From contig JABAAH010000012.1 in the NCBI GenBank assembly GCA_014238855.1, forward strand, positions 440-64,439: a stretch of 64,000 nt of DNA. Direction: 5' to 3'. The notes beneath the pieces are model-generated. The model ran no database searches. It saw only the letters and a program-made list of their open reading frames with translations, and was not told where the DNA came from. Shown in pieces: positions 31,301-40,501 of the stretch; position 1 is the first letter of the stretch, and the number at the start of each line of letters is the position of its first letter. This DNA comes from Planctomycetota bacterium. GTDB lineage: Bacteria; Planctomycetota; Planctomycetia; Pirellulales; UBA1268. The position numbers and the translations under genes are program-made.

Positions 31301-31512
31301 TCTATAGAATGTTGAGATGGCGACTGCCCCAGGCAGATCCAAATCAATGTATTGTTGGTATTGCCTATACATTTACACGTGGCATGAAAGGGGCAGGTAC
31401 ACCAATAGATAATGAAGGAAGAAGGTATGGTGTTTTTACTTGGAGGGCACCGGAAGGACTCTGGCAGGAACTCAGTGACCTGCTTGCTGGGAAACATGAG
31501 GCAACTCCATGA
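28333..31512 (+). CDS. recB: Exodeoxyribonuclease V beta subunit (SF1 helicase + RecB nuclease)
   Basis: EASAGTGKT, TFTRNAA.EL..RIR, VDEAQDT, VGDPKQAIYSFRGAD, TMHSAKGLQF, RLFYVAATRA. Nuclease motifs G..IH.IFE, GSVDAV, DYKSN, YPLQ..LY. ATGA overlap with recC. Confidence 0.92.
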   Translation: MKLNLANDQIRNGMIVEASAGTGKTYAVAALVARELALRDDLRIGNILITTFTRNAAMELRHRIRQRLISTVADLRGAGSHSADAVTDVLFDIDEPERLKRAFRLERSLVEFDTATISTIHGVCSRVLRTAGVDLETVVDAEETNRIVSEVVNDEIVSAAASGLRWDEVTLRSCLTTLLSDPFLEMWFDEKEITDQSVIDRLQNLKELLAQCVQRVHNVMAATPDSNDLLRRACDLVKDPQSVVVKRLRQRFLVAIVDEAQDTDRLQWEFFTRLFPGDDKRSLVSVGDPKQAIYSFRGADVQAYVNFTKKGKNHRTLSTNWRSDQPLVECLNKVFSETSFGEGITYSHVTASSNHQTSCLVGDVEPLEMIHAGETDSQQSLVEPAVRKVIHLLDQVQLNLPHATAARALVPSDICILTRTGSVSRMIERRLAQVGIPAVSGGTSSVMTGRMAFDLRLLFEAIEKPASNGHIRRAAATCFFGYALSESGLLDDAVMNQVQEELMKLSVVLVRHGIAAFGVAIEQEVSMMERVVAGSDGERNLTDFLHILEALDAIGPSGGCSPQQAVETIVRLSKKDPRHDLVSRRIESDADAVRVLTMHSAKGLQFRCVIVADLWKPAIKNVYAKSYPTIFYDDDGRRKVDIGFAVERVSITARQRQHEAEDQEAKRLFYVAATRAEHYLGILLADGKVPSIINQSFSFPDVYVYSSDLPAQLERNLKTVTSANGMTNAALPPVVRSSRRMSFSSIIATRSYEDIYRPERGGYDEHAMQTTSQPLLSESDDTAGQQVIDFPAGVAVGSTIHQIFEEIDTTIIPLEEEIQRIVKDKISNGRLRHFGENLSKMVQETLTTPLGGPFGNDRLVDIPPSRCIPEMGFEMGLGGQQKNIKVSSVGKVLKGCLSPQDSLANYAEILCGPAFEIPIGSLLTGSVDAVLGLPDSRSDHPKLAICDYKSNRLHTAGMENPLQAYAPERIVQAMEIHHYPLQAILYGTALYRMLRWRLPQADPNQCIVGIAYTFTRGMKGAGTPIDNEGRRYGVFTWRAPEGLWQELSDLLAGKHEATP

Positions 31513-33242
31513 TGCCACCTCATGAATTGCAAGATTATAGAAAGTTCGGAGTTATCGGACGTGAAGATATCGCGGCAGCCACTGTGCTGGTCTCAATAGC
31601 CAACCGAGATTATGAAGAACAGCTAAGTCTTCTTGCCTGGGTAGGGTTTTGTCTCGCACTTCGGACCGTTCGAGACGGTCACACATGTGTTGATTTTGAT
31701 AATATCAGAGAGTGGGCTGGTGGAATTGAAATAGGTGCCGCTAATGTACCGGACTGGCCATTGCAGCCCGACATTTGGATCGATTCTTTACAGGCTGTCA
31801 AATCGCTTGTTGGGTGCTCTGAAGATCGACGACCGTTCGTCATTGATGGTCATCGACTGTATCTTGCAAGAGCACTCTCGGAAGAGCAGGATATTGCATC
31901 GGTATTAATGCACGATTCATGCCGCCAAGTACGTGTTTTACTCGGTGGACCAGGCACTGGTAAAACAACAAAAATTGCTCAGGATTTAGTAGAGCGATTT
32001 TCTAATCTGAGTACAAAGGAATCTTGGCCGAGATTAGGCCTCGCTGCACCAACAGGTAAAGCGGCATCACGAATGACTGATGTGCTGCGGCACCGATGTT
32101 TAGAGGTCGGTGCTCCAGCGAGCGTCGTAGCTGCCGTAACAGCAGAACCAGCTCGTACGGTCCATAAGCTATTAGATTACAACCCATCTCGAGTACAACC
32201 ATTTCGGTATCATGCCGGGAATCGCCTACCATACGATATGGTTATTGTTGATGAAGCATCGATGCTATCAAGTTCGTTGATGTATCACCTGCTTACTGCT
32301 CTTGCAAATGATGCAGAAGTTATTCTTGTAGGTGATCCCGATCAGCTTGCCAGTGTTGATGCCGGAACAGTTTTAGGGGATATCGCTGGATTCCACTCAG
32401 ACCGTTTTAAGAAACACCCACTTCACAAAAAAATTGCAGAATTGACGACTGTCCATCGTGCGAAAGATGCACCGGGTATCAAGGCTTTGTCAGAGTCAAT
32501 TCGAGCAGGCGATGTCTCTCAAACACTAGCTGTTCTTGAGGCAGGTCATACAGACGTTCAATGGATTGAATCGACAAATGGGCGCGCAGTGGAGGGACTG
32601 GTAGCCGAGATTGTTGATCATGCAGAGCATTTGCGAAGTGTTGCAGAACATGGTGATCTCGATAACACACTAGCGATACAGCAGGAATTGCAAGTTCTTT
32701 GTGCACACCGAGAAGGGTTTTCAGGGGTGACGCAATGGAATGCTCGTGTCGAGACAAAACTTGGAATTACGCAGGCCATGCCTTGGTACATAGGGCAACC
32801 AATAATGATTACTCGAAATTGCCGGTCACTCGCACTTTTTAATGGTGATGTTGGAGTAATCGTAGCTTCATCCAGTAGGAACAATCATTTCGAGGCAATC
32901 TTTGGTCAACCTGGTCAACCTGTTCGGGTGCCAGTTTCAAGACTCGAGGATGTCGCAACGGTACACGCTCTTACGATTCATAAAAGTCAAGGTTCCGAGT
33001 ATCAACATGCAGTTGTTGTCTTGCCAGAACATCACAGCCGTATTGTCACTCGTGAACTTGTATATACAGCGGTGACACGAGCAATTAAAAAAGTAACACT
33101 TGTATGCCCTCGAAATGTACTCGAGGCTGCAATCAAAAAGCCTATTCGTCGCGCAACTGGTCTTGCAGAACGAATGACTTCATTGCGATATGAATCCAGA
33201 GTTACAATCGAAGCAAATCCGCTTGCTGTTCATGACAAGTAA
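31509..33242 (+). CDS. recD: Exodeoxyribonuclease V alpha subunit (5'-3' helicase)
   Basis: GHTCVD N-terminal motif, GGPGTGKTT, AAPTGKAA.R, T.HKLL, VDEASM, LVGD.DQLASV.AG.V, LFNGDVG, TIHKSQGSEY, RELVYTAVTRA. Confidence 0.92.
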   Translation: MMPPHELQDYRKFGVIGREDIAAATVLVSIANRDYEEQLSLLAWVGFCLALRTVRDGHTCVDFDNIREWAGGIEIGAANVPDWPLQPDIWIDSLQAVKSLVGCSEDRRPFVIDGHRLYLARALSEEQDIASVLMHDSCRQVRVLLGGPGTGKTTKIAQDLVERFSNLSTKESWPRLGLAAPTGKAASRMTDVLRHRCLEVGAPASVVAAVTAEPARTVHKLLDYNPSRVQPFRYHAGNRLPYDMVIVDEASMLSSSLMYHLLTALANDAEVILVGDPDQLASVDAGTVLGDIAGFHSDRFKKHPLHKKIAELTTVHRAKDAPGIKALSESIRAGDVSQTLAVLEAGHTDVQWIESTNGRAVEGLVAEIVDHAEHLRSVAEHGDLDNTLAIQQELQVLCAHREGFSGVTQWNARVETKLGITQAMPWYIGQPIMITRNCRSLALFNGDVGVIVASSSRNNHFEAIFGQPGQPVRVPVSRLEDVATVHALTIHKSQGSEYQHAVVVLPEHHSRIVTRELVYTAVTRAIKKVTLVCPRNVLEAAIKKPIRRATGLAERMTSLRYESRVTIEANPLAVHDK

Positions 33243-35607
33243 AAAAGATCACAGGATATCTTTTCGAAAATGATTTTAAAATCGAAATAGCCTCACCCAA
33301 ACGTTCTTTGTCTAGGTGCACTAGTGGATCATCGAGCATGACAAAACCGCTTGCAGATTTCAGATATAACTCAGCAAGGGCTAGGCGGACGGCGAGCGCA
33401 AGGGCCCCACGTGCACCCTGTGAAAGTCTCTCTGGTGAGACTGTTATCGTACCGCGAGTGATATGTGACGGAAGTGTATCAAGAAAACATAACTGTGAAT
33501 CACTTGAAGAAATAGTTGAAAATATTTCTGAAACGCGTTCGTTAAATTCATCAAGAGAGGTGTTATCAATCGGAGCAATGCTAGTAAGCATTTCTTTGAT
33601 TCGTTTATACGAGTTACCTTCATCAAGAACGTGATCAAATTGATTTTTTGCGTTTTCGGCTTCTTCTACAAGGTCTTCGCTACGACGGTCCCCTAGTTGG
33701 CCTTCAAGTCCTCCTCTTTGAGAGGCGAGTGTAGAACGCGGTTCACTATTTGTGTTCATTCGTTCCTGGGCAGAATCAAGAGAGTGTATAAACGCATCAC
33801 TCGACGGAAAGTTCGAGGGGACGTGTGGTAACGTTGTAAGTGTGGTCTCCGTGGTGTGAAGATCATGCTGAGCGGTAAGAAGCTTTTCTCCAAGTGCTTC
33901 AAGGTTTATATAAGATTTTTCCCACGATTGAATACGTTCTTGATGCGTTTCGAGAGATTGATCACCTGTAGAAACTGCATGACGTACAGCCTCGAGTTCA
34001 TGCTCTATGGTTGTACTATCCCGTGTTTTTCGGAGTCCTTCAATCTCTGCAAACCGCGTATCCCATTCTGCCCGATTTTTTCCTCGGAGAAGTGCTCGGT
34101 ACGTTTCTTGTTTTGATTCTGTGCGAAGCACAAGACTATTGTAGGAAGAAGCTTGTTCTTTTGCTTCAGCAACAGTTGAAACACCACAGCTTTCAAGCGT
34201 AAGACGTAAAGAAGTTCTTTTTTGGTGAAGATTTCGCAAGATTTCTTCGATATCTTGGCCACCACTGTCCACAGTGATAATCAGCCCGGATGACTCAAAT
34301 CGAATGCGGCCGGATGCTTTTCCAGTGACTGGAATTTCTTGAACATCACGCTGCTCTGGTGGTTCGTCAGAATGAGTGATCATGACCGATTGTGTAGAAT
34401 TCGAGGTCATAGAGTACGTCAACGACTGGGCGGCAAGTACGTTCTCGAGGTGAGTGACTTCATCATGAAGTGTTTCAATAGTGAAAAGTCTTGCTGGCTC
34501 CGGTGGGTGTTGTTTTTTCATGGCATCCTGAGTTTCCTGCAATTCTTTTTCTGCAGATTGAATGGCATGGTAGTGGTTTAGGATATCATCGGCCTGTTCC
34601 CGTAAACGTGCTGTACGGAGTTCTTCATTAAGATTCTTTGACTGCACGACAAGAGTATCTCGCTGCGTTTTCCATGCATCTACTGTCGCGTGCGCTATGG
34701 GCCAAGCAGCAAATACTTTTTTGAGGAGTTCCCGCTCACTCGTGAGCCTGGATACTCGCTCCTCCATGACGCTTCGCTCAGATAATTGATCACGTAATGC
34801 CCCAAACGTAGAAAGAAATTCCTGGTCTTCTTTTACTTGTTCTTCGATTGTGATGAGTTGGGACGTAATAGCATCAATTTCTTTCTCAAGGCGAAGAATT
34901 GTTTTTTGTTCCGCAATCAAGACTTGCCATGTGTACCAAGCGCCGAGTATTTCCCCCACGCCCTGCTTCCATTCGTTGCCAACTGATTTTTCTTGCCCGT
35001 TCTGTCGAATTGGTCGCTGACGCTCGTCCTCCCAACGACTAAAATATTTTTTAATACGCTGATCTAGTAATTCTTCGAATCTCCGTTGATCAATGTCACC
35101 CGCTGTCTCATTTCCTGTTTGAACAAGACTACGAATATCTCGAAGTTCTAATGAATTGGCCTTCAGTTTCGTTATCGTATTTTCTAATTCATCGTGGCCT
35201 GTGAAAAAGACATGGCGAAATGTCGCCTCGTTATGGCCGCAGAGCTTTTCAAGGATTCTTGCAATTGTTTCGGTGTCACTAAGAGCTGACCCATCGGGAG
35301 TCGTAAGGTGAGAAGTTGGCTGGGATCCCCATCGCTTTTTGAGCTGATAATGTTTGCCGTTATCGTCGATGTCGATGGTGATGGCTGCGTAATCACCTGC
35401 TGGAAGAGGCAGCCATGGTGCAATGATGGTTCGAAGACGAGATGGAGTAAGGTCGGTTGGAGTGAAGAGGATATGAAATATTGCCTGCCGCAGTGTTGAC
35501 TTACCAGTCTCATTTGGGCCACTTATGACAACAAGAGGATCAGAGAGGTCCCACGAAGTATCATGAAATTTTCCAAATGGATGTAGCCGTATCGACGTTA
35601 ACCTCAT
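33202..35607 (-). CDS. SMC/Rad50-like ABC ATPase (YhaN/AAA_27 type)
   Basis: Walker A GPNETGKST, long coiled coil, signature LSQGA, Walker B/D-loop VMLDDPLVHLD, H-loop FFTCH. Confidence 0.85.
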   Translation of the reverse strand: MRLTSIRLHPFGKFHDTSWDLSDPLVVISGPNETGKSTLRQAIFHILFTPTDLTPSRLRTIIAPWLPLPAGDYAAITIDIDDNGKHYQLKKRWGSQPTSHLTTPDGSALSDTETIARILEKLCGHNEATFRHVFFTGHDELENTITKLKANSLELRDIRSLVQTGNETAGDIDQRRFEELLDQRIKKYFSRWEDERQRPIRQNGQEKSVGNEWKQGVGEILGAWYTWQVLIAEQKTILRLEKEIDAITSQLITIEEQVKEDQEFLSTFGALRDQLSERSVMEERVSRLTSERELLKKVFAAWPIAHATVDAWKTQRDTLVVQSKNLNEELRTARLREQADDILNHYHAIQSAEKELQETQDAMKKQHPPEPARLFTIETLHDEVTHLENVLAAQSLTYSMTSNSTQSVMITHSDEPPEQRDVQEIPVTGKASGRIRFESSGLIITVDSGGQDIEEILRNLHQKRTSLRLTLESCGVSTVAEAKEQASSYNSLVLRTESKQETYRALLRGKNRAEWDTRFAEIEGLRKTRDSTTIEHELEAVRHAVSTGDQSLETHQERIQSWEKSYINLEALGEKLLTAQHDLHTTETTLTTLPHVPSNFPSSDAFIHSLDSAQERMNTNSEPRSTLASQRGGLEGQLGDRRSEDLVEEAENAKNQFDHVLDEGNSYKRIKEMLTSIAPIDNTSLDEFNERVSEIFSTISSSDSQLCFLDTLPSHITRGTITVSPERLSQGARGALALAVRLALAELYLKSASGFVMLDDPLVHLDKERLGEAISILKSFSKRYPVIFFTCHEQQADLLRL

Positions 35608-36731
35608 TCTTTTGAAATCTCCTTGATCAAATCATGAGCAAGTGCGACATCATTTGGATGATCTTTGTCAGCTAAAAGGTTTGAAAGAAGTTGCTCAGCG
35701 AGTGTTCCCTGTGGGTAATGAGTTCCGATAATATCCTCATCAATTTTTCTCTTAACATTCACGGTGAGAGAACAGGATTGAAACGCATCTTCAATTTCTC
35801 CTACCAATTGATTGAATGTAATTTGCTCATCACTTGAGAGTTGACCCGACAATTTCAAGTCAAGGATGACGTGATCTGGATCAAGGGCATTACAGGTCTG
35901 CTGGAGTTTGGAAATGTCATGCCCACTATGCAGATTTTGTTCAATTCGAATGAATTGTAATCTTCCGGGATGTAATTGCTTGTATTGTTTTAGCCGCAAT
36001 TCTTCAAAATCAAGAAGCCATGCTGAGCCGATGTGTCTGCAACGGACTGAGTCTGGCGTGTGTATTCCAGCCATAAAAAGTTGTGAGTCACATCCCAAAG
36101 AGGTTGTTGGGAAGGGAACATGGATATGTCCTAAGAGCCACGTAGTCAAACCAAGAGCTTCTAGATCTGGCATGGTCATCGTAAAATAACGATCATCAGC
36201 ATCGAGGCCGAGTCCTTCGACGTTGCCATGGGCAATGCCGACGCGTAGAGCCGCGAGGTTATGATCGACAGAGTGTATCCAACCTGTAACAGGCTCTTTC
36301 CCAGTCTTTGACGGGCAGGGGCAAGGGAAAAACTGCACAGTTTCCCCGCCGACGTCAAAGCTGACAGTAGCCGGAGTCACCAATAATTCGATATTTGAAA
36401 ATTCTGAAGAGGCCTTGCGAAAACGTTTCCATACTTCAGTATCTTCCCCACTATAGAAATCATGGTTGCCAGGAAGGACAAGGACGGAGTTTCCCGTGAA
36501 GTGGCGGAGCACATCAACGGTTCGTTCTATATATACATTTTTCACACGTGTTGAATCAAAAAGATCACCACTTATGACAAAAAAGTCAGCATGATTTTCA
36601 TTTGCTTCGCGAATCAGACGTTCAAGAGCTGTAAAGCGTTCTTCGAGAAGTCGTTCTCGAGTCTTATCGTCATGCTGTCGAAACGGCATGCCAATATGAT
36701 TGTCGGCGGTATGGACGATGCGGATCGGCAT
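35604..36731 (-). CDS. Mre11/SbcD-like metallophosphoesterase DNA-repair exonuclease (YhaO type)
   Basis: HTADNHIG, SGDLFD, LPGNHD, AHG, LGHIH calcineurin-like motifs. Overlaps the ATPase gene by 4 bp. Confidence 0.88.
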   Translation of the reverse strand: MPIRIVHTADNHIGMPFRQHDDKTRERLLEERFTALERLIREANENHADFFVISGDLFDSTRVKNVYIERTVDVLRHFTGNSVLVLPGNHDFYSGEDTEVWKRFRKASSEFSNIELLVTPATVSFDVGGETVQFFPCPCPSKTGKEPVTGWIHSVDHNLAALRVGIAHGNVEGLGLDADDRYFTMTMPDLEALGLTTWLLGHIHVPFPTTSLGCDSQLFMAGIHTPDSVRCRHIGSAWLLDFEELRLKQYKQLHPGRLQFIRIEQNLHSGHDISKLQQTCNALDPDHVILDLKLSGQLSSDEQITFNQLVGEIEDAFQSCSLTVNVKRKIDEDIIGTHYPQGTLAEQLLSNLLADKDHPNDVALAHDLIKEISKE

Positions 36732-36769
36732 ACGTGCTCATCTTTTATAAGTACGGAAGTGTCGCGGCG

Positions 36770-38029
36770 TTAGAATTTTAGGTGTGCCTGTGATAGGCGG
36801 GTGTGAAGATCAGCCATAAGTTCATTTTCAGCAGTTTCATCATGAGCTTCATATGTCACCGAGAATCTGGTGAAAGATCCACAGTCATCCCAAGGGACTG
36901 TGGAGATCGAAAGTTCTTTGATTAAGAACTGACCTGCCTCAGAAGCATTTGCAAAAATTCGATCGCCGGCAGCTTTTGGGCTTTTTGTATAGAGGAAATA
37001 GGTGCCCCCTGGCATCTCACACTCAAAGCCGACGCTCCGCAGAACACCAACAAGTTTTTCAAGTCGACGACGATATTTTTCCCGAACCTGATGGGGGATA
37101 TGAGGGTCTCCAAGTGCAGCAGCAGCAGCCTTTTGGATCGCAATAAACTGACCAGAGTCACAATTATCTTTTACATCTGCAAATGCCTGGACAATTTTTT
37201 CATGACCACAGACCCAGCCAAGCCGCCAGCCAATCATGTGGAAGCCTTTCGACATGGAATGAACCTCGACTCCAACATCTTTTGCACCTTCAATAGATAA
37301 GAAAGACAGAGGCGCTGTTTCGTAGGAAAGCATCATATGGGCAGCATCTTGAACAACAATAATTCGATTCTTCTTCGCAAACTCAACAACTTTCTCATAA
37401 AACTCTACAGTTGCAGTTTTACCAGTTGGACTATTTGGATAGCAGAGGACGAGAATTTTACTTCGAGAGAGAATGTCAGCTGGAATACCATCAAGATCAG
37501 GAAAGAAATTATTTTCAGGTAAAAGAGGAAGTTTATGGACTTCGCCTCCAAACCACTGTGTTGCAGTTCCAGCAACTGGGTAGCCCGGAACAGTCATGAG
37601 TGTGACATCGCCAGGGTTTATGAAAGCAGCAGGAAGCATTGCATAAGCAGTTTTCGATCCGATGCAATGATTAATTTCTTTGTTCGGATCAAGAATAACT
37701 TGAAATTCTCGCTCCATGAAGGATGCTACTGCTTCTTTGAATTCTAAAATACCGTTGTCGGCGTAGCCACGATTTTCCGGCCGATCAATCTCCCGCCTCA
37801 TGACATCTCGAACACCTTCTGGTGCCATTTCATCATTTTCACCAATACCAAAGTCAAGCATTTTCCGTTCAGGATGTTCAGCGAGTGCTTGACGTTTCGC
37901 CCGTTTGATAAGTTCGAATTTGTAGACTTCGGTACCTTTTCCATATTCCGCTCCACCAATCCGTTCTGCAAATCGGTCTTGAAACCAAGGATCAGTTGTG
38001 GGCGTAGTGGTGGGCCTGGCAGTCGACAT
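36770..38029 (-). CDS. dapL: LL-diaminopimelate aminotransferase
   Basis: Class I/II PLP aminotransferase: FAERIGG..YG....YKFE.IKRAK, YPNSPTG, VQDAAH, HSMSKGF.M.GWRLG, VKDNCDSGQF. Confidence 0.85.
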   Translation of the reverse strand: MSTARPTTTPTTDPWFQDRFAERIGGAEYGKGTEVYKFELIKRAKRQALAEHPERKMLDFGIGENDEMAPEGVRDVMRREIDRPENRGYADNGILEFKEAVASFMEREFQVILDPNKEINHCIGSKTAYAMLPAAFINPGDVTLMTVPGYPVAGTATQWFGGEVHKLPLLPENNFFPDLDGIPADILSRSKILVLCYPNSPTGKTATVEFYEKVVEFAKKNRIIVVQDAAHMMLSYETAPLSFLSIEGAKDVGVEVHSMSKGFHMIGWRLGWVCGHEKIVQAFADVKDNCDSGQFIAIQKAAAAALGDPHIPHQVREKYRRRLEKLVGVLRSVGFECEMPGGTYFLYTKSPKAAGDRIFANASEAGQFLIKELSISTVPWDDCGSFTRFSVTYEAHDETAENELMADLHTRLSQAHLKF

Positions 38030-38224
38030 AACAATCTTTCTGGTCAGAAGAGGAAATTACATGTTCTGGTGTTTTGTGGAATTAGCATGTATTCGTACTC
38101 TCGAAGATAAAATTTTCGTACAATAAAGCCAAGCAGTATGCTTAGATTTCCTGCAAAGATAGGTTTCACTATCAAATGCCGGCAAATGCCGGTGGGGTAT
38201 CATCAAGAGATACGAGGCCAAAAA

Positions 38225-38350
38225 ATGAATGAGGACTTCCGAATCTTTGCCAGCTATATCATTTTTGCGTCAGACTACGGCCCGTTGGATGGCTGTTTTG
38301 ATCCTTTTGAGGACGAAGATGCTATCGAGGAACTGATCACGTTTGAGTAG
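38225..38350 (+). CDS. Possible small acidic protein (41 aa; ORF could start at 38138)
   Basis: Fills the gap between dapL and usp; MNEDFRIFASYIIFASDYGPLDGCFDPFEDEDAIEELITFE; no recognisable family. Confidence 0.3.
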   Translation: MNEDFRIFASYIIFASDYGPLDGCFDPFEDEDAIEELITFE

Positions 38351-38370
38351 GTTTAGTAGACGACTCGAGT

Positions 38371-38808
38371 TTATTCCTGATCGAATCTACGAAGTACGAG
38401 AACACGACATGGGGCGTGACGTAAAACGCGTTCGGCGACACTGCCTAGAAAAAGTCGCTTGAGTCCATGGTATCCGTGAGATGGAATGATGATGAGATCA
38501 GCTTTTACACGTTGTGCGTAGTCAGCAATTTCAAGGCCTGGTGTTCCAATGGTCACGGCAAGATGAGCATCTGCTGCCTTGTGAGTTCCTGCAAGCTTTT
38601 TGAGGGCAGTCGTTACTTTTGCCGTTCGAGAGGCATCAGTAACATCCCCAAGTAAAACACCAGGCGACATTGTTTCTAACGGTAACATAACGTGAATGAG
38701 ATACAGCTGGGATGGATTTTCAACGATCTCAAGCGCGGTATTGATAGCACTAGCTGAAGCACTTGAAAAATCGATTGGTACAACAACTGTGGAGGCATGA
38801 AGTGCCAT
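38371..38808 (-). CDS. Universal stress protein (UspA family)
   Basis: VVVPIDFS..S, LIHV, G.P...I..YA...ADLIIIPSHG..G..R..LGSVAERVLRHAPC.VLV. Confidence 0.93.
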   Translation of the reverse strand: MALHASTVVVPIDFSSASASAINTALEIVENPSQLYLIHVMLPLETMSPGVLLGDVTDASRTAKVTTALKKLAGTHKAADAHLAVTIGTPGLEIADYAQRVKADLIIIPSHGYHGLKRLFLGSVAERVLRHAPCRVLVLRRFDQE

Positions 38809-38828
38809 GGTACACCTTTTTAGGTTGG

Positions 38829-40406
38829 TTACTCATATACGGTAAATTCATCCGCTTTGTAGCGACGCCAATAGTCTTGTAAGAGCACTTTGACGCGAGG
38901 GGCTAAAATGACACCCCCAATAATATTTGGAAAAGCCATTGATAAAATCATGAGGTCGGAGAATGTGATCACATTCTCTAAGGACGCAACAGCTCCAAGA
39001 ACAATAAATCCAAGGAAAAGAATTCGATAAATAATGATTGCTTTTTTTGTCGTACCGAAAATGTACTGCCAAGCTTTTTCTCCGTAATACGACCAGCTAA
39101 TCATTGTTGAATAGGCAAAGAGAAAAACAGATATGTTGAGTACTGTTGGAAACCAGCTAAGCGTTTCAGAGAACGCCCAACGTGTCATTTCGACACCCTT
39201 TCCGGCTTCTGGTGTGTTGTAAGCCCCACTGACAATGACGACCAGGGCTGTCATTGTGCAGATAACAACGGTATCAATGAATGGTCCAAGCATAGCGACC
39301 ATACCTTCACGAACAGGTTCGTCAGTTTTTGCGGCAGCGTGGGCAATAGCAGCAGATCCTACCCCGGCTTCATTGGAAAAAACTGCGCGACGAATACCTT
39401 GCACAAGGACACCGATAAACCCACCGTAGGCTGCCTCGGGTGACACGCAGGATCGAACAATTAGCACAGCGGCTTCAGGAATTTTGTTTGCATGCAGGAC
39501 GAGAATAATGATTCCAGCCAGTACATAGATGCCGCACATAAGAGGAATGATTTTCTCAGTAACCTGACCAATCCGCTTGATTCCTCCGATGATGACGAGG
39601 CCAACGAGAAAAGCCAGCAAACTACCAAAAAACCAATCGAGTCCAGGCCTATCACCGATCATTCCACGGACAGCTGAAGTGGCTTGGTTTGCCTGAAACA
39701 TGTTGCCACCACCGAAGGATCCACCAATACAAAAAATGGCAAAGACCAGACCGAAGCACTTTGCTATAGGAAACGGAAAGCCACGTTCCTGAAGACCAAT
39801 TTCAAGGTAGTGCATCGGTCCACCATCGACTGTGCCATCAGGACGAACTTTTCGATAGACCATTGCGAGAGTGCATTCATTGAATTTGGCAGTCATGCCG
39901 AAAAGGCCAATAAGCATCATCCAGACGACTGCACCAGGTCCTCCTGCCTGAATGGCAACAGCAACTCCAGCGATATTACCAAGTCCAACTGTGGCAGAGA
40001 GAGCTGACGTGAGAGCTTGAAAATGTGAGATTTCTCCAGGGTCGTTTGGGTTGTCATAGCGACCACGTGTTATATCAATGGCATGTTTAAAGCCACGAAT
40101 ATTGAGCCATTTGTGATAGATCGTGAAAAAGACAGATCCACAGAGAAGGATGGCGACAATCAGTGGAATTGGGACAGCTTTCACTGGTTTCCAAAAGAGA
40201 ACATTATCCATGTTCTCCACGATGATTCCAAACTGTGAGTCAATATTTGTGGCAATAGACGCTGCTTTTTCTTTATTCAGATCTCCATTATCGGTCTCCA
40301 TAGTCGAGCTACTGGGCTCAGGACCCTGTGCAAGGGCTACTCCGTTGTATCCAGTGAGACAGAAGCAAGTAAAAAAGAAAAAAAGTTTTAGAAAAAGGGG
40401 TGACAT
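38829..40406 (-). CDS. Alanine/glycine:cation symporter (AGCS/AlsT family)
   Basis: GEISHFQAL..ALSATVGLGNIAGVA.AI..GGPGA, GGPM.Y, GGGNMFQ.NQ, GGIKRIG, RAVFSNEAG.GSA.IAH, PFIDT..ICTMT, FAYST..SWSYYGE. Confidence 0.92.
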   Translation of the reverse strand: MSPLFLKLFFFFTCFCLTGYNGVALAQGPEPSSSTMETDNGDLNKEKAASIATNIDSQFGIIVENMDNVLFWKPVKAVPIPLIVAILLCGSVFFTIYHKWLNIRGFKHAIDITRGRYDNPNDPGEISHFQALTSALSATVGLGNIAGVAVAIQAGGPGAVVWMMLIGLFGMTAKFNECTLAMVYRKVRPDGTVDGGPMHYLEIGLQERGFPFPIAKCFGLVFAIFCIGGSFGGGNMFQANQATSAVRGMIGDRPGLDWFFGSLLAFLVGLVIIGGIKRIGQVTEKIIPLMCGIYVLAGIIILVLHANKIPEAAVLIVRSCVSPEAAYGGFIGVLVQGIRRAVFSNEAGVGSAAIAHAAAKTDEPVREGMVAMLGPFIDTVVICTMTALVVIVSGAYNTPEAGKGVEMTRWAFSETLSWFPTVLNISVFLFAYSTMISWSYYGEKAWQYIFGTTKKAIIIYRILFLGFIVLGAVASLENVITFSDLMILSMAFPNIIGGVILAPRVKVLLQDYWRRYKADEFTVYE

Positions 40407-40471
40407 GACAATTTTCCGTATGAAGTAGCGAATCCCCGTTGGGCAGAATACGAAGTTCTCATAGGTACTGA

Positions 40472-40501
40472 CAAGAACACTGTTTTCAAGAACACTGTTT
40501 T
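40472..40501. repeat. Exact 15-bp tandem duplication (CAAGAACACTGTTTT)x2 in divergent promoter region
   Basis: Copies at 40472-40486 and 40487-40501. Confidence 0.9.

Noticed and set aside
33202-36731. ATPase + nuclease pair as a named anti-phage system (Gabija, Septu, Lamassu, Wadjet)
   Set aside because: The partner is a calcineurin-like Mre11/SbcD phosphoesterase. No TOPRIM, HNH, kleisin or effector genes are present, so it fits the YhaO/YhaN type.
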